A stretch of 64,000 nucleotides of DNA, from NCBI RefSeq assembly GCF_050920415.1, contig NZ_CP169309.1. One strand, given 5' to 3'. This document shows positions 32,554 to 44,692 of the stretch, piece after piece (position 1 is the stretch's first letter; each line of letters begins with the position of its first letter). A program made the position numbers and the translations under genes. The notes under the pieces were generated by a model. It was not told the origin of the DNA. It did no database searches and saw only the letters and a program-made list of their open reading frames with translations. This DNA comes from Escherichia coli (GTDB lineage Bacteria; Pseudomonadota; Gammaproteobacteria; Enterobacterales; Enterobacteriaceae).

Positions 32554-34557
32554 TCAGGCACCTTTCACTCCCAGTACCTTATGCGCTTTTGCCACAATAT
32601 TCTCGGCGGTAAAGCCAAAGAACGGGAACAGCTTATCCGCAGGAGCAGATTCCCCATAACCCGTCATCCCGACAATTGCCCCTTTCAGACCAACATATTT
32701 GTACCAGTAATCGGCGATGCCTGCTTCCACCGCCACGCGAGCCGCAACGTTAGAAGGCAACACCGACTCCCGATATTCCTCATCCTGGGCGTCGAAAATA
32801 TCGGTCGAGGGCAGGGAAACTACGCGTACATTGCGACCTTCTCCCGCTAATTTCTCCGCTGCTTGCAAGGTGATTTCCATCTCTGAACCAGTGGCAATCA
32901 AAATAATATCCGGCTTGCCGCCGCTGTCTTTCAACACATAACCACCGCGGGCAATCTCTTTTACCTGATCTGGCGTACGTTCCACCTGGGCCAGATTCTG
33001 CCTTGAGAGGATAAGCGCCGTCGGCCCGTTGTGACGCTCGACCGCCAGCTTCCAGCCCACCGCAGCTTCCACCTGATCACACGGTCGCCAGGTGCTAAAA
33101 TTCGGCGTCAAGCGCAGACTGGCCAGTTGCTCAACGGCCTGGTGGGTCGGACCATCTTCCCCTAAGCCAATTGAGTCGTGGGTATAAACCATAATCTGCC
33201 GCGCTTTCATCAGTGCCGCCATCCGCGCGGCGTTACGAGCGTATTCAACAAACATCAGGAACGTCGCGGTATACGGCACGAAGCCGCCGTGGTGCGCAAT
33301 GCCATTGGCGATAGCGGTCATACCAAATTCACGCACCCCGTAGTGAATATAATTCCCCGCCGGATCTTCCTTCAGCGACACAGAACCTTTCCAGATGGTG
33401 AGGTTGCTGGGAGCCAGATCCGCCGAACCGCCGAGCAACTCAGGCAGCATCGGCCCGTAAGCGTTAAGCGTATTTTGTGAAGCCTTACGGGTAGCGATTT
33501 TCGCCGGATTCGCCTGCAACTCATTGATATATTTCTGAGTCGTTTTCTCCCAGTCTTTTGGTAAACCACCGCTCATCCGGCGAGTAAACTCTTCTGCCAG
33601 TCGCGGATGAGCCTTTTTATACGCGGCAAACTTCTCATTCCAGCTCTGCTGTGCTTTATCGCCTTTTTCGCGGGCATCCCAGGCGTGATAAATCTCTTTG
33701 GGGATCTCAAATGGCGGATGATGCCAGCCCAGTTTCTGTCGTGCCAGCGCCACCTCTTCTTCACCCAGCGGTGCACCGTGGGCCTCTTCTTTACCCGCTT
33801 TATTGGGTGAACCAAAGCCAATCACCGTACGGCAGATAATCAACGACGGCTTATCTTTTACGCTTTGCGCTTCAAGAATCGCTTCCTTCACCGCCTGCGG
33901 ATCGTGACCGTCGATTTCATGGATCACATGCCAGTGATAGGCTTCAAAACGTTTTGCCGTATCGTCGGTAAACCAGCCTTCGGTTTCACCGTCGATGGAA
34001 ATACCATTGTGATCGTAAAAACCAATCAGCTTGCCCAGCCCCAGCGTGCCCGCCAGCGAACAGACTTCGTGAGAAATACCTTCCATCAGGCAGCCGTCGC
34101 CCATAAACACATAGGTGAAGTGATCGACAATTTCATGATCCGGCTGGTTAAACTGCGCCGCCAGTGTACGTTCTGCTATCGCCAGTCCGACCGCGTTCGC
34201 CAAACCTTGTCCAAGTGGACCGGTGGTGGTTTCAACACCAGGCGTATAGCCAATCTCCGGGTGACCAGGGGTTTTCGAATGCAACTGACGGAAGTTCTTC
34301 AGCTCTTCCAGCGGCAGGTCGTAACCGGTCAGATGAAGCAAACTGTAGAGCAGCATCGACGCGTGACCGTTGGAGAGAATAAAGCGGTCGCGATCATACC
34401 AGGTTGGATCGTTGGGGCTATGTTTAAGAAAATCGTTCCACAGCACTTCGGCAATATCGGCCATGCCCATCGGCGCGCCGGGATGACCAGAATTGGCTTT
34501 TTGCACCGCATCCATACTGAGCGCGCGAATCGCATTGGCAAGGTCTTTTCGGGACAT
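32554..34557 (-). CDS. tktB: Transketolase 2
   Basis: Starts [27 protein letters not shown]; 667 aa. Confidence 0.95.
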   Translation of the reverse strand: MSRKDLANAIRALSMDAVQKANSGHPGAPMGMADIAEVLWNDFLKHSPNDPTWYDRDRFILSNGHASMLLYSLLHLTGYDLPLEELKNFRQLHSKTPGHPEIGYTPGVETTTGPLGQGLANAVGLAIAERTLAAQFNQPDHEIVDHFTYVFMGDGCLMEGISHEVCSLAGTLGLGKLIGFYDHNGISIDGETEGWFTDDTAKRFEAYHWHVIHEIDGHDPQAVKEAILEAQSVKDKPSLIICRTVIGFGSPNKAGKEEAHGAPLGEEEVALARQKLGWHHPPFEIPKEIYHAWDAREKGDKAQQSWNEKFAAYKKAHPRLAEEFTRRMSGGLPKDWEKTTQKYINELQANPAKIATRKASQNTLNAYGPMLPELLGGSADLAPSNLTIWKGSVSLKEDPAGNYIHYGVREFGMTAIANGIAHHGGFVPYTATFLMFVEYARNAARMAALMKARQIMVYTHDSIGLGEDGPTHQAVEQLASLRLTPNFSTWRPCDQVEAAVGWKLAVERHNGPTALILSRQNLAQVERTPDQVKEIARGGYVLKDSGGKPDIILIATGSEMEITLQAAEKLAGEGRNVRVVSLPSTDIFDAQDEEYRESVLPSNVAARVAVEAGIADYWYKYVGLKGAIVGMTGYGESAPADKLFPFFGFTAENIVAKAHKVLGVKGA

Positions 34558-34576
34558 ATAACACTCCGTGGCTGGT

Positions 34577-35527
34577 TTATAGTTTGACGGCAAGAAGATC
34601 TTCCAGTTTGCGTTGATCAACGGCGAACAGGCGGATGCCTTCAGAGAGTTTTTCTACCGCCATTGCATCCTGATTGTGCTCCCAACGGAACTCCGCTTCG
34701 CTCATCGGGGCTGGGCGTGGGAACGTCTGAGAAGGCGGGATTAATTTACGCACTACTGGAGAAACTTTTTCCTGCAGCTCCTTCAGCAAATTCGGCGCAA
34801 TAGTCAGTCGATCACAGCCGGTTAAGGCGAGGATTTGTTCGGTGCGACGGAAGCTCGCGCCCATTACAATGGTTTCGTAGTGGTGTTGCTTATAGTAGTC
34901 GTAGATATTGCGCACTGACTTAACGCCCGGATCTTCTTCCACCACATACGGGTCCATCGGCTTACGCGCCTGATACCAGTCATAAATACGCCCGACAAAC
35001 GGCGAAATCAGAAAAACGCCTGCTTCTGCACAGGCCCGCGCCTGAGCAAAAGAAAACAGTAGCGTCAGGTTGCAGTTAATACCTTCTTTTTCCAGTTCTT
35101 CTGCCGCGCGAATTCCTTCCCAGGTTGAAGCCAGCTTGATCAGAATACGTGATTTCTCAACGCCTTGTTGCTGATACAGGTCCACCAAATGGCGCGCCTT
35201 CTCAATACTTTTTTCTTTATCAAAAGAGAGGCGTGCATCAACTTCTGTTGACACGCGACCGGGTACGATTTTGAGAATTTCAGTGCCGAAATTGACCGCC
35301 AGTTTGTCACATGCAGCGACCACCTGTTGTTCCTGGGTCTTGCCATTTTTTTTACCCCAGGCGATAGCATCGTCTATTAAATGCTCATATTGTGATAATC
35401 CGGCAGCCTTGAGTAACAGCGAAGGATTGGTGGTGGCATCCTGGGGATGATAATGGCGAATGGACTCAATATCACCACTGTCTGCCACGACAGTGGTGAA
35501 CTGTTTGATGCCGTCTAACTCGTTCAT
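34577..35527 (-). CDS. talA: Transaldolase A
   Basis: 316-aa ORF starting [21 protein letters not shown]. Confidence 0.95.
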   Translation of the reverse strand: MNELDGIKQFTTVVADSGDIESIRHYHPQDATTNPSLLLKAAGLSQYEHLIDDAIAWGKKNGKTQEQQVVAACDKLAVNFGTEILKIVPGRVSTEVDARLSFDKEKSIEKARHLVDLYQQQGVEKSRILIKLASTWEGIRAAEELEKEGINCNLTLLFSFAQARACAEAGVFLISPFVGRIYDWYQARKPMDPYVVEEDPGVKSVRNIYDYYKQHHYETIVMGASFRRTEQILALTGCDRLTIAPNLLKELQEKVSPVVRKLIPPSQTFPRPAPMSEAEFRWEHNQDAMAVEKLSEGIRLFAVDQRKLEDLLAVKL

Positions 35528-35815
35528 AGGAAATACTCCTTGAAAAGTAAAGTGTTAGATGAGTGCGTTAATTCACACTTCTGAGAAATTTCGCTAAACG
35601 CATCAAAAAAGCATAGCAGACAGGCATGGTATTGCTGGATTAAGCAGGTAACATCAGTGTTATAGGATTATTACCAAAACATTATATTAATGGTGAGAGT
35701 TTGGACTTGCTCAAAGTCTGTAGACTCCGGCAAGGTAATAATGTGCGCCACGTTGTGGGCAGGGGCTGTTGCCCACACACTTTATTTGTGAACGTTACGT
35801 GAAAGGAACAACCAA

Positions 35816-38095
35816 ATGGATGACCAGTTAAAACAAAGTGCACTTGATTTCCATGAATTTCCAGTTCCAGGGAAAATCCAGGTTTCTCCAACCAAGCCTC
35901 TGGCAACGCAGCGCGATCTGGCGCTGGCCTACTCACCAGGCGTTGCCGCACCTTGTCTTGAAATCGAAAAAGACCCGTTAAAAGCCTACAAATATACCGC
36001 TCGTGGTAACCTGGTGGCGGTGATCTCTAACGGTACGGCGGTGCTGGGGTTAGGCAACATTGGCGCGCTGGCAGGCAAACCGGTGATGGAAGGCAAGGGC
36101 GTTCTGTTTAAGAAATTCGCCGGGATTGATGTATTTGACATTGAAGTTGATGAACTTGACCCGGACAAATTTATTGAAGTCGTCGCTGCGCTCGAACCGA
36201 CCTTCGGCGGCATCAACCTCGAAGACATTAAAGCGCCAGAATGTTTCTATATTGAACAGAAACTGCGCGAGCGGATGAATATTCCAGTATTCCACGACGA
36301 TCAGCACGGCACGGCAATTATCAGCACTGCAGCCATCCTCAACGGATTGCGCGTGGTGGAGAAAAACATCTCCGACGTGCGGATGGTGGTTTCCGGCGCG
36401 GGTGCAGCAGCAATTGCCTGTATGAACCTGCTGGTGGCGCTGGGGCTGCAAAAACATAACATCGTGGTTTGTGATTCAAAAGGCGTTATCTATCAGGGCC
36501 GTGAGCCAAATATGGCGGAAACCAAAGCCGCATATGCGGTGGTGGATGACGGCAAACGTACCCTCGATGATGTAATTGAAGGCGCGGATATTTTCCTGGG
36601 CTGTTCCGGCCCGAAAGTGCTGACCCAGGAAATGGTTAAGAAAATGGCTCGTGCGCCGATGATCCTGGCGCTTGCAAACCCGGAACCAGAAATTCTGCCG
36701 CCGCTGGCAAAAGAAGTGCGTCCGGATGCCATCATCTGTACCGGCCGTTCCGACTACCCGAACCAGGTTAATAACGTGCTTTGCTTCCCATTCATCTTCC
36801 GTGGCGCGTTGGACGTTGGTGCAACAGCCATCAACGAGGAAATGAAACTGGCGGCGGTACGCGCGATTGCAGAACTGGCCCATGCGGAACAGAGCGAAGT
36901 CGTTGCTTCGGCGTATGGCGATCAAGATCTGAGCTTCGGCCCGGAATACATCATTCCAAAACCGTTTGATCCGCGTTTGATCGTTAAGATCGCTCCTGCG
37001 GTCGCTAAAGCGGCGATGGAGTCGGGCGTGGCGACGCGTCCGATTGCTGATTTCGACGTCTACATCGACAAGCTGACTGAGTTCGTTTACAAAACCAACC
37101 TGTTTATGAAGCCGATTTTCTCCCAGGCCCGCAAAGCGCCGAAGCGCGTTGTTTTACCGGAAGGGGAAGAGGCACGCGTTCTGCATGCTACTCAGGAACT
37201 GGTGACTCTGGGACTGGCGAAACCGATCCTTATCGGTCGTCCGAACGTGATCGAAATGCGCATTCAAAAACTGGGCTTGCAGATCAAAGCGGGCGTTGAT
37301 TTTGAGATCGTCAATAACGAATCCGATCCGCGTTTTAAAGAATACTGGACCGAATACTTCCAGATCATGAAGCGCCGTGGTGTAACTCAGGAGCAGGCAC
37401 AGCGGGCGCTGATCAGTAACCCGACAGTGATCGGCGCGATCATGGTTCAGCGTGGCGAAGCCGATGCAATGATTTGCGGTACGGTGGGTGATTATCATGA
37501 ACACTTCAGCGTGGTGAAAAATGTCTTTGGTTATCGCGATGGCGTTCACACCGCAGGTGCAATGAACGCGCTGCTATTGCCGAGTGGTAACACTTTTATT
37601 GCCGATACCTACGTCAATGATGAGCCAGACGCAGAAGAGCTGGCGGAGATCACCTTGATGGCGGCAGAAACTGTTCGTCGTTTTGGTATTGAGCCGCGTG
37701 TGGCTCTGTTGTCGCACTCCAACTTTGGTTCTTCTGACTGCCCGTCGTCGAGCAAAATGCGTCAAGCGCTGGAACTGGTCAGAGAGCGTGCGCCAGAACT
37801 GATGATTGATGGTGAAATGCACGGCGATGCAGCGCTGGTGGAAGCGATTCGCAGCGATCGTATGCCGGACAGCCCTTTGAAAGGTTCCGCCAATATTCTG
37901 GTGATGCCGAACATGGAAGCTGCCCGTATTAGTTACAACTTACTGCGCGTTTCCAGCTCGGAAGGTGTGACTGTCGGTCCGGTGCTGATGGGTGTGGCGA
38001 AACCGGTTCACGTGTTAACACCAATCGCATCCGTACGTCGTATCGTCAACATGGTGGCGCTGGCCGTGGTTGAAGCGCAAACCCAACCGCTGTAA
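35816..38095 (+). CDS. maeB: NADP-dependent malic enzyme (malic enzyme + phosphotransacetylase-like domain)
   Basis: 759-aa ORF starting [23 protein letters not shown]. Confidence 0.95.
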   Translation: MDDQLKQSALDFHEFPVPGKIQVSPTKPLATQRDLALAYSPGVAAPCLEIEKDPLKAYKYTARGNLVAVISNGTAVLGLGNIGALAGKPVMEGKGVLFKKFAGIDVFDIEVDELDPDKFIEVVAALEPTFGGINLEDIKAPECFYIEQKLRERMNIPVFHDDQHGTAIISTAAILNGLRVVEKNISDVRMVVSGAGAAAIACMNLLVALGLQKHNIVVCDSKGVIYQGREPNMAETKAAYAVVDDGKRTLDDVIEGADIFLGCSGPKVLTQEMVKKMARAPMILALANPEPEILPPLAKEVRPDAIICTGRSDYPNQVNNVLCFPFIFRGALDVGATAINEEMKLAAVRAIAELAHAEQSEVVASAYGDQDLSFGPEYIIPKPFDPRLIVKIAPAVAKAAMESGVATRPIADFDVYIDKLTEFVYKTNLFMKPIFSQARKAPKRVVLPEGEEARVLHATQELVTLGLAKPILIGRPNVIEMRIQKLGLQIKAGVDFEIVNNESDPRFKEYWTEYFQIMKRRGVTQEQAQRALISNPTVIGAIMVQRGEADAMICGTVGDYHEHFSVVKNVFGYRDGVHTAGAMNALLLPSGNTFIADTYVNDEPDAEELAEITLMAAETVRRFGIEPRVALLSHSNFGSSDCPSSSKMRQALELVRERAPELMIDGEMHGDAALVEAIRSDRMPDSPLKGSANILVMPNMEAARISYNLLRVSSSEGVTVGPVLMGVAKPVHVLTPIASVRRIVNMVALAVVEAQTQPL

Positions 38096-38112
38096 TTCAT
38101 TCTTAACTCTCA

Positions 38113-38146
38113 CGCTTACCCTGAATATTCAGGGTAAGCGGTTTTA
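38113..38146 (+). terminator. Rho-independent terminator of maeB
   Basis: Perfect 13-bp inverted repeat CGCTTACCCTGAA-tat-TTCAGGGTAAGCG followed by GTTTT. Confidence 0.8.
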
Positions 38147-38387
38147 CTATAATATATTAGTAAAGCTTATTACTAAGTTTTCGAATAATAAAAAAAGCAG
38201 CATATAAACTATCTCGATATCATTTTATTTATATTCATGCGTTGCATATGAAAGTTTATGCATCACAGTAAATATCTCTCCATTCTTAGTGATCTACCTC
38301 ACCTTTTAAACGCGCTTGCCGAATTTTGTTATTTACTCTGACGAAAAATTGTCACGATACACGCAAGTTTTTCACAGGCGGCGACTT

Positions 38388-38723
38388 ATGGATAAAGAAC
38401 GCATCATTCAGGAATTTGTGCCCGGCAAACAGGTCACACTGGCGCATCTCATTGCGCATCCCGGCGAAGAACTGGCGAAGAAAATCGGCGTTCCGGATGC
38501 GGGCGCAATCGGCATTATGACGCTAACTCCCGGCGAAACGGCGATGATCGCCGGTGATTTAGCACTGAAAGCTGCCGATGTGCATATCGGTTTCCTCGAC
38601 CGTTTTAGCGGCGCACTAGTGATTTATGGCTCGGTGGGCGCAGTAGAAGAAGCGTTATCACAAACCGTCAGTGGTTTAGGTCGTTTATTAAATTATACGC
38701 TTTGTGAAATGACCAAAAGTTAA
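38388..38723 (+). CDS. eutS: Ethanolamine microcompartment shell protein (BMC)
   Basis: Starts [21 protein letters not shown]; 111 aa; first gene of eut operon. Confidence 0.9.
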
Positions 38724-38735
38724 TACGAGGCATTC

Positions 38736-39215
38736 ATGAAACGAATTGCGTTTGTGGGTACCGTCGGGGCAGGAAAAACAACGTTATTTAATGCGTTGCA
38801 GGGGAATTATACCCTCGCCAGAAAAACACAGGCCGTGGAATTTAATGATAAGGGTGATATTGATACGCCGGGTGAATATTTTAGCCATCCCCGCTGGTAT
38901 CACGCCTTAATTACCACGCTACAGGATGTGGACATGCTGATTTATGTCCACGGCGCGAATGACCCGGAAAGCCGATTGCCTGCCGGGTTGCTGGATATTG
39001 GTGCCAGCAAACGGCAAATCGCCGTCATCAGTAAAACGGACATGCCGGATGCTGACGTCGCAGCAACGCGAAAGTTATTGCTTGAAACTGGTTTTGAAGA
39101 GCCGATTTTCGAGCTAAACAGCCACGACCCGCAAAGCGTGCAGCAACTGGTGGATTATCTGGCATCTCTCACCGAACAGGAGGAAGCAGGTGAAAAAACT
39201 CATCACAGCGAATGA
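38736..39215 (+). CDS. eutP: Ethanolamine utilisation GTPase-like protein
   Basis: 159 aa; P-loop GTVGAGKTT. Confidence 0.9.
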   Translation: MKRIAFVGTVGAGKTTLFNALQGNYTLARKTQAVEFNDKGDIDTPGEYFSHPRWYHALITTLQDVDMLIYVHGANDPESRLPAGLLDIGASKRQIAVISKTDMPDADVAATRKLLLETGFEEPIFELNSHDPQSVQQLVDYLASLTEQEEAGEKTHHSE

Positions 39216-39891
39216 TATTCGTGAAGCACATGCGCGCGGCGAACAGGCAATGTCTGTGGTTCTGCGCGCCAGCATTATTACCCCGGAAGCCCGCGAAGTG
39301 GCGGACTTGCTGGGGTTTACCATCACCGAATGCACTGAATCGACGCCAGTAGCGGCATCTGTTCCCGTCAGCGTGCCTGCCGATAAAACTGAAAGCCAGC
39401 GTATCCGCGAAACCATCATCGCCCAGCTGCCGGAAGGCCAGTTTACCGAAAGCCTGGTCGCGCAGCTGATGGAAAAAGTGATAAAGGAAAAACAGTCGCT
39501 GGAGCAGGGTGCAATGCAGCCGAGTTTTAAATCGGTGACCGGCAAAGGCGGCATCAAAGTTATTGATGGCAGCAGCGTGAAGTTTGGTCGTTTCGATGGC
39601 GCGGAACCGCACTGCGTAGGCTTGACTGATCTCGTGACCGGAGACGACGGCAGCAGCATGGCCGCCGGTTTTATGCAGTGGGAGAACGCCTTCTTCCCGT
39701 GGACCCTGAACTACGACGAAATCGACATGGTACTGGAAGGGGAGCTTCATGTTCGCCATGAAGGCGAAACCATGATCGCTAAAGCAGGCGACGTGATGTT
39801 TATCCCGAAAGGTTCCAGCATCGAATTTGGTACGACATCCAGCGTGAAATTCCTGTATGTCGCCTGGCCGGCTAACTGGCAATCCCTATGA
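39190..39891 (+). CDS. eutQ: Ethanolamine utilisation cupin protein / acetate kinase
   Basis: 233-aa ORF overlapping eutP 3' end. Confidence 0.9.
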   Translation: MKKLITANDIREAHARGEQAMSVVLRASIITPEAREVADLLGFTITECTESTPVAASVPVSVPADKTESQRIRETIIAQLPEGQFTESLVAQLMEKVIKEKQSLEQGAMQPSFKSVTGKGGIKVIDGSSVKFGRFDGAEPHCVGLTDLVTGDDGSSMAAGFMQWENAFFPWTLNYDEIDMVLEGELHVRHEGETMIAKAGDVMFIPKGSSIEFGTTSSVKFLYVAWPANWQSL

Positions 39892-40691
39892 AAGATTTCA
39901 TCACCGAAGCATGGCTAAGAGCGAACCATACGCTCAGCGAAGGCGCAGAGATCCATCTCCCTGCGGACAGTCGCCTGACGCCCTCTGCCCGGGAGTTACT
40001 GGAAAGCCGCCATCTGCGCATCAAGTTTATTGACGAGCAGGGCCGCCTGTTTGTTGACGATGAACAGCAGCAGCTACAGCCCGTTCACGTGCTGACCAGT
40101 AGTGATGAACATCCGCAGGCGTGCTGCGAACTGTGTCACCAGCCAGTGGCGAAAAAGCCGGACACGCTGACTCACCTGTCGGCGGAAAAAATGGTCGCCA
40201 AAAGCGATCCGCGCCTGGGTTTTCGCGCTGTTCTCGACAGCACCATTGCGCTGGTAGTGTGGCTGCAAATTGAACTGACAGAACCGTGGCAGCCGTGGCT
40301 GGCGGACATCCGTTCGCGTCTTGGCAACATTATGCGTGCCGATGTGTTGGGCGAACCGCTGGGCTGCCAGGCGATTGTCGGGTTTTCTGACGAAGATCTG
40401 CATCGACTTTCTCACCAGCCACTGCGTTATCTCGACCACGATCATCTGGTGCCGGAAGCCAGCCACGGGCGCGATGCGGCGTTGCTGAATCTGCTACGCA
40501 CCAAAGTGCGGGAAACCGAAACCGTCGCGGCGCAGGTGTTTATTACCCGTAGTTTTGAAGTATTACGCCCGGACATCTTGCAGGCGCTGAACCGCCTTTC
40601 CAGCACGGTTTACGTGATGATGATTTTGAGCGTAACGAAGCAGCCGCTAACGGTGAAGCAGATCCAACAACGACTGGGGGAAACGCAATGA
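39888..40691 (+). CDS. eutT: Ethanolamine utilisation cobalamin adenosyltransferase
   Basis: 267-aa ORF; 4-nt overlaps with eutQ and eutD. Confidence 0.9.
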   Translation: MKDFITEAWLRANHTLSEGAEIHLPADSRLTPSARELLESRHLRIKFIDEQGRLFVDDEQQQLQPVHVLTSSDEHPQACCELCHQPVAKKPDTLTHLSAEKMVAKSDPRLGFRAVLDSTIALVVWLQIELTEPWQPWLADIRSRLGNIMRADVLGEPLGCQAIVGFSDEDLHRLSHQPLRYLDHDHLVPEASHGRDAALLNLLRTKVRETETVAAQVFITRSFEVLRPDILQALNRLSSTVYVMMILSVTKQPLTVKQIQQRLGETQ

Positions 40692-41704
40692 TTATTGAAC
40701 GTTGTCGTGAACTGGCGTTGCGAGCGCCCGCCAGAGTGGTTTTTCCTGATGCGTTAGACCAACGCGTGCTGAAAGCCGCGCAATATCTGTATCAACAAAG
40801 TCTGGCGACGCCCGTTCTTATCGCCAATCCGTTTGAACTTCGCCAGTTTGCGCTCAGCCACGGCGTGGCGATGGACGGGCTACTGGTGATTGATCCTCGT
40901 AGCAACCTCGCAATGCGGGAAGAATTTGCTGACCGCTGGCAGGCCCGTGCGGGAGATAAAACGCCGTCGGATGCGCTGGAAAAACTTACCGATCCACTAA
41001 TGTTCGCCGCTGCGATGGTTAGCGCTGGTAAAGCGGATGTCTGTATTGCAGGCAACCTCTCTTCAACGGCAAATGTACTACGTGCCGGATTACGCGTTAT
41101 CGGCTTGCAGCCTGGCTGTAAAACGCTCTCCTCCATTTTCCTGATGCTGCCACAGTACAGCGGTCCAGCATTGGGCTTTGCCGATTGCAGCGTAGTGCCA
41201 CAGCCGACGGCGGCGCAGTTGGCGGATATCGCGCTTGCCAGCGCCGAAACCTGGCGAGCCATCACCGGAGAAGAGCCGCGCGTGGCGATGTTGTCGTTTT
41301 CCAGTAACGGCAGCGCCCGTCACCCCTGCGTTGCCAACGTGCAGCAAGCGACAGAAATCGTCCGTGAGCGCGCACCAAAGCTGGTCGTCGATGGCGAGTT
41401 GCAGTTTGACGCCGCCTTTGTGCCGGAAGTGGCGGCGCAAAAAGCGCCAGCCAGCCCGCTACAAGGCAAAGCCAATGTGATGGTTTTTCCGTCGCTGGAG
41501 GCGGGAAATATTGGCTACAAAATCGCACAACGACTTGGCGGATATCGTGCCGTCGGGCCATTGATACAAGGACTTGCCGCGCCGATGCACGATCTCTCTC
41601 GTGGTTGTAGCGTGCAGGAAATTATCGAGCTGGCGCTGGTGGCAGCCGTGCCGCGTCAGACAAAAGTGAACCGCGAAAGCAGTTTACAAACACTGGTTGA
41701 ATGA
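40688..41704 (+). CDS. eutD: Phosphotransacetylase (ethanolamine utilisation)
   Basis: 338-aa Pta-family ORF. Confidence 0.9.
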   Translation: MIIERCRELALRAPARVVFPDALDQRVLKAAQYLYQQSLATPVLIANPFELRQFALSHGVAMDGLLVIDPRSNLAMREEFADRWQARAGDKTPSDALEKLTDPLMFAAAMVSAGKADVCIAGNLSSTANVLRAGLRVIGLQPGCKTLSSIFLMLPQYSGPALGFADCSVVPQPTAAQLADIALASAETWRAITGEEPRVAMLSFSSNGSARHPCVANVQQATEIVRERAPKLVVDGELQFDAAFVPEVAAQKAPASPLQGKANVMVFPSLEAGNIGYKIAQRLGGYRAVGPLIQGLAAPMHDLSRGCSVQEIIELALVAAVPRQTKVNRESSLQTLVE

Positions 41705-41742
41705 ACGGTCCCGTTCTGGACCCCTATAAAGAGGAAAACACA

Positions 41743-42036
41743 ATGGAAGCATTAGGAATGATCGAAACCCGGGGCCTGGTTGCACTGATTGAGGCTTCTG
41801 ATGCGATGGTGAAAGCTGCGCGCGTCAAACTGGTTGGTGTTAAGCAGATTGGCGGCGGCCTGTGTACTGCCATGGTTCGCGGTGATGTTGCAGCCTGTAA
41901 AGCCGCGACCGATGCCGGTGCCGCAGCGGCACAGCGTATCGGTGAACTGGTATCCGTACATGTTATTCCGCGTCCGCACGGCGATCTGGAAGAGGTCTTC
42001 CCGATCGGCCTGAAAGGCGATAGCAGCAACCTGTAA
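41743..42036 (+). CDS. eutM: Microcompartment shell protein (BMC hexamer)
   Basis: Starts [26 protein letters not shown] (BMC domain); 97 aa. Confidence 0.9.
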   Translation: MEALGMIETRGLVALIEASDAMVKAARVKLVGVKQIGGGLCTAMVRGDVAACKAATDAGAAAAQRIGELVSVHVIPRPHGDLEEVFPIGLKGDSSNL

Positions 42037-42142
42037 TCACCCTGTGTGACGTCGATTCGGGCGTCACGCTCTCTCCTTTTTCAGTTTACCTTCCGCGGAG
42101 GGTAGGGGGAGCTTTTACCTGAAATACGCCACGGAGGCGGGT

Positions 42143-42430
42143 ATGAAACTGGCAGTCGTCACTGGACAAATTGTTTGTACCGTACGCCATCACGGACTGG
42201 CGCATGACAAATTGCTGATGGTGGAAATGATTGATCCACAAGGTAATCCTGACGGGCAATGCGCCGTCGCCATCGACAATATTGGCGCGGGAACCGGGGA
42301 GTGGGTGTTGCTGGTGAGTGGCAGTTCCGCCCGCCAGGCGCATAAAAGCGAAACGTCACCGGTCGATCTGTGCGTGATTGGCATCGTCGATGAGGTGGTC
42401 TCTGGCGGTCAGGTAATTTTCCACAAATAA
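42143..42430 (+). CDS. eutN: Microcompartment vertex protein (EutN/CcmL)
   Basis: 95-aa ORF starting MKLAVVTGQIVCTVRHHGL. Confidence 0.9.
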   Translation: MKLAVVTGQIVCTVRHHGLAHDKLLMVEMIDPQGNPDGQCAVAIDNIGAGTGEWVLLVSGSSARQAHKSETSPVDLCVIGIVDEVVSGGQVIFHK

Positions 42431-42441
42431 GGCAGAACATC

Positions 42442-43845
42442 ATGAATCAACAGGATATTGAACAGGTGGTGAAAGCGGTACTGCTGAAAATGCAAAGCAG
42501 TGACACGTCGCCCGCCGCCGTTCATGAGATGGGCGTTTTTGCTTCCCTGGATGACGCTGTTGCGGCAGCCAAAATTGCCCAGCAAGGGTTAAAAAGCGTG
42601 GCAATGCGCCAGTTAGCCATTGCTGCCATTCGTGAAGCAGGCGAAAAACACGCCAGAGATTTAGCGGAACTTGCCGTCAGTGAAACGGGTATGAGCCGCG
42701 TAGAAGATAAATTTGCCAAAAACGTCGCTCAGGCACGCGGTACGCCAGGCGTTGAGTGCCTCTCTCCACAGGTGCTGACCGGTGACAACGGCCTGACTTT
42801 AATTGAAAACGCGCCCTGGGGCGTGGTGGCTTCGGTGACGCCTTCCACTAACCCGGCGGCAACCGTAATTAATAACGCCATCAGCCTGATTGCCGCGGGC
42901 AACAGCGTCATTTTTGCCCCGCATCCGGCGGCGAAAAAAGTCTCTCAACGGGCTATTACGTTGCTCAACCAGGCGATTGTTGCCGCAGGCGGGCCGGAAA
43001 ACTTACTGGTTACTGTGGCAAATCCAGATATCGAAACCGCGCAACGTTTGTTCAAGTTCCCGGGTATCGGCCTGCTGGTGGTGACCGGCGGCGAAGCGGT
43101 AGTGGAAGCGGCGCGCAAACACACCAATAAACGTCTGATTGCCGCAGGTGCTGGCAACCCGCCGGTGGTGGTGGATGAAACCGCCGACCTCGCCCGTGCC
43201 GCTCAGTCTATCGTCAAAGGCGCTTCTTTCGATAACAACATCATTTGTGCCGATGAAAAGGTACTGATTGTTGTTGATAGCGTAGCCGATGAACTGATGC
43301 GTCTGATGGAAGGCCAGCACGCGGTGAAACTGACCGCAGAACAGGCGCAGCGACTGCAACCGGTGTTGCTGAAAAATATCGACGAGCGCGGAAAAGGCAC
43401 CGTCAGCCGTGACTGGGTGGGTCGCGATGCGGCGAAAATCGCGGCGGCAATCGGCCTGAACGTGCCGCAAGAAACGCGCTTGCTGTTTGTAGAAACCCCC
43501 GCAGAACATCCGTTTGCCGTGACCGAACTGATGATGCCAGTGCTGCCGGTCGTGCGCGTCGCCAACGTGGCGGATGCCATTGCGCTGGCGGTGAAACTGG
43601 AAGGCGGTTGCCACCACACGGCGGCAATGCACTCGCGCAATATCGAGAACATGAACCAAATGGCGAACGCCATTGATACCAGTATTTTCGTTAAGAACGG
43701 ACCGTGCATTGCCGGGCTGGGGCTGGGCGGGGAAGGCTGGACCACGATGACCATCACTACGCCAACCGGTGAAGGGGTAACCAGCGCGCGTACGTTTGTC
43801 CGTCTGCGTCGCTGTGTATTAGTCGATGCGTTTCGCATTGTTTAA
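42442..43845 (+). CDS. eutE: Acetaldehyde dehydrogenase (CoA-acetylating)
   Basis: 467-aa aldehyde dehydrogenase family ORF. Confidence 0.9.
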   Translation: MNQQDIEQVVKAVLLKMQSSDTSPAAVHEMGVFASLDDAVAAAKIAQQGLKSVAMRQLAIAAIREAGEKHARDLAELAVSETGMSRVEDKFAKNVAQARGTPGVECLSPQVLTGDNGLTLIENAPWGVVASVTPSTNPAATVINNAISLIAAGNSVIFAPHPAAKKVSQRAITLLNQAIVAAGGPENLLVTVANPDIETAQRLFKFPGIGLLVVTGGEAVVEAARKHTNKRLIAAGAGNPPVVVDETADLARAAQSIVKGASFDNNIICADEKVLIVVDSVADELMRLMEGQHAVKLTAEQAQRLQPVLLKNIDERGKGTVSRDWVGRDAAKIAAAIGLNVPQETRLLFVETPAEHPFAVTELMMPVLPVVRVANVADAIALAVKLEGGCHHTAAMHSRNIENMNQMANAIDTSIFVKNGPCIAGLGLGGEGWTTMTITTPTGEGVTSARTFVRLRRCVLVDAFRIV

Positions 43846-43855
43846 GGAGTAACCG

Positions 43856-44692
43856 ATGGCGCACGACGAACAATGGCTTACCCCGCGGCTGCAAACGGCG
43901 GCAACGCTGTGTAACCAGACGCCCGCCGCGTCGGAATCTCCGCTGTGGCTGGGGGTAGATCTGGGCACCTGCGATGTGGTGTCGATGGTTGTCGACTGCG
44001 ACGGTCAGCCGGTGGCGGTATGTCTCGACTGGGCCGATGTGGTCCGCGACGGCATCGTCTGGGATTTCTTCGGTGCTGTCACCATTGTTCGTCGCCATCT
44101 CGATACCCTTGAGCAGCAATTTGGTCGCCGTTTTAGCCATGCGGCGACCTCATTTCCTCCTGGTACGGACCCGCGTATTTCCATCAACGTGCTGGAGTCT
44201 GCCGGGCTGGAAGTGAGCCATGTGCTTGATGAGCCAACCGCAGTCGCGGATCTACTGCAACTGGACAACGCCGGTGTAGTGGATATTGGCGGCGGCACTA
44301 CCGGAATTGCCATCGTGAAAAAGGGCAAGGTGACTTATTCAGCGGATGAAGCGACCGGCGGACATCACATTTCTCTGACTCTCGCCGGAAATCGCCGTAT
44401 TTCGCTGGAAGAGGCAGAGCAGTACAAGCGCGGTCACGGTGACGAGATTTGGCCTGCGGTGAAGCCGGTGTACGAAAAAATGGCGGACATTGTTGCCCGG
44501 CATATTGAAGGGGAGGGCATTACTGATTTATGGCTGGCGGGCGGCTCTTGTATGCAACCGGGCGTGGCGGAACTGTTTCGCAAACAATTCCCGGCGTTAC
44601 AGGTGCATTTACCGCAGCACAGTTTGTTTATGACCCCGCTGGCGATCGCCAGTAGCGGGCGAGAGAAAGCGGAGGGGCTATATGCAAAATGA
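43856..44692 (+). CDS. eutJ: Ethanolamine utilisation chaperone-like protein (actin/Hsp70 fold)
   Basis: 278-aa ORF. Confidence 0.9.
   Translation: MAHDEQWLTPRLQTAATLCNQTPAASESPLWLGVDLGTCDVVSMVVDCDGQPVAVCLDWADVVRDGIVWDFFGAVTIVRRHLDTLEQQFGRRFSHAATSFPPGTDPRISINVLESAGLEVSHVLDEPTAVADLLQLDNAGVVDIGGGTTGIAIVKKGKVTYSADEATGGHHISLTLAGNRRISLEEAEQYKRGHGDEIWPAVKPVYEKMADIVARHIEGEGITDLWLAGGSCMQPGVAELFRKQFPALQVHLPQHSLFMTPLAIASSGREKAEGLYAK

Noticed and set aside
33865-34587. 240-aa plus-strand ORF
   Set aside because: Antisense to tktB; shadow ORF.
39169-39882. 237-aa minus-strand ORF
   Set aside because: Antisense to eutQ in a high-GC coding region; shadow ORF.
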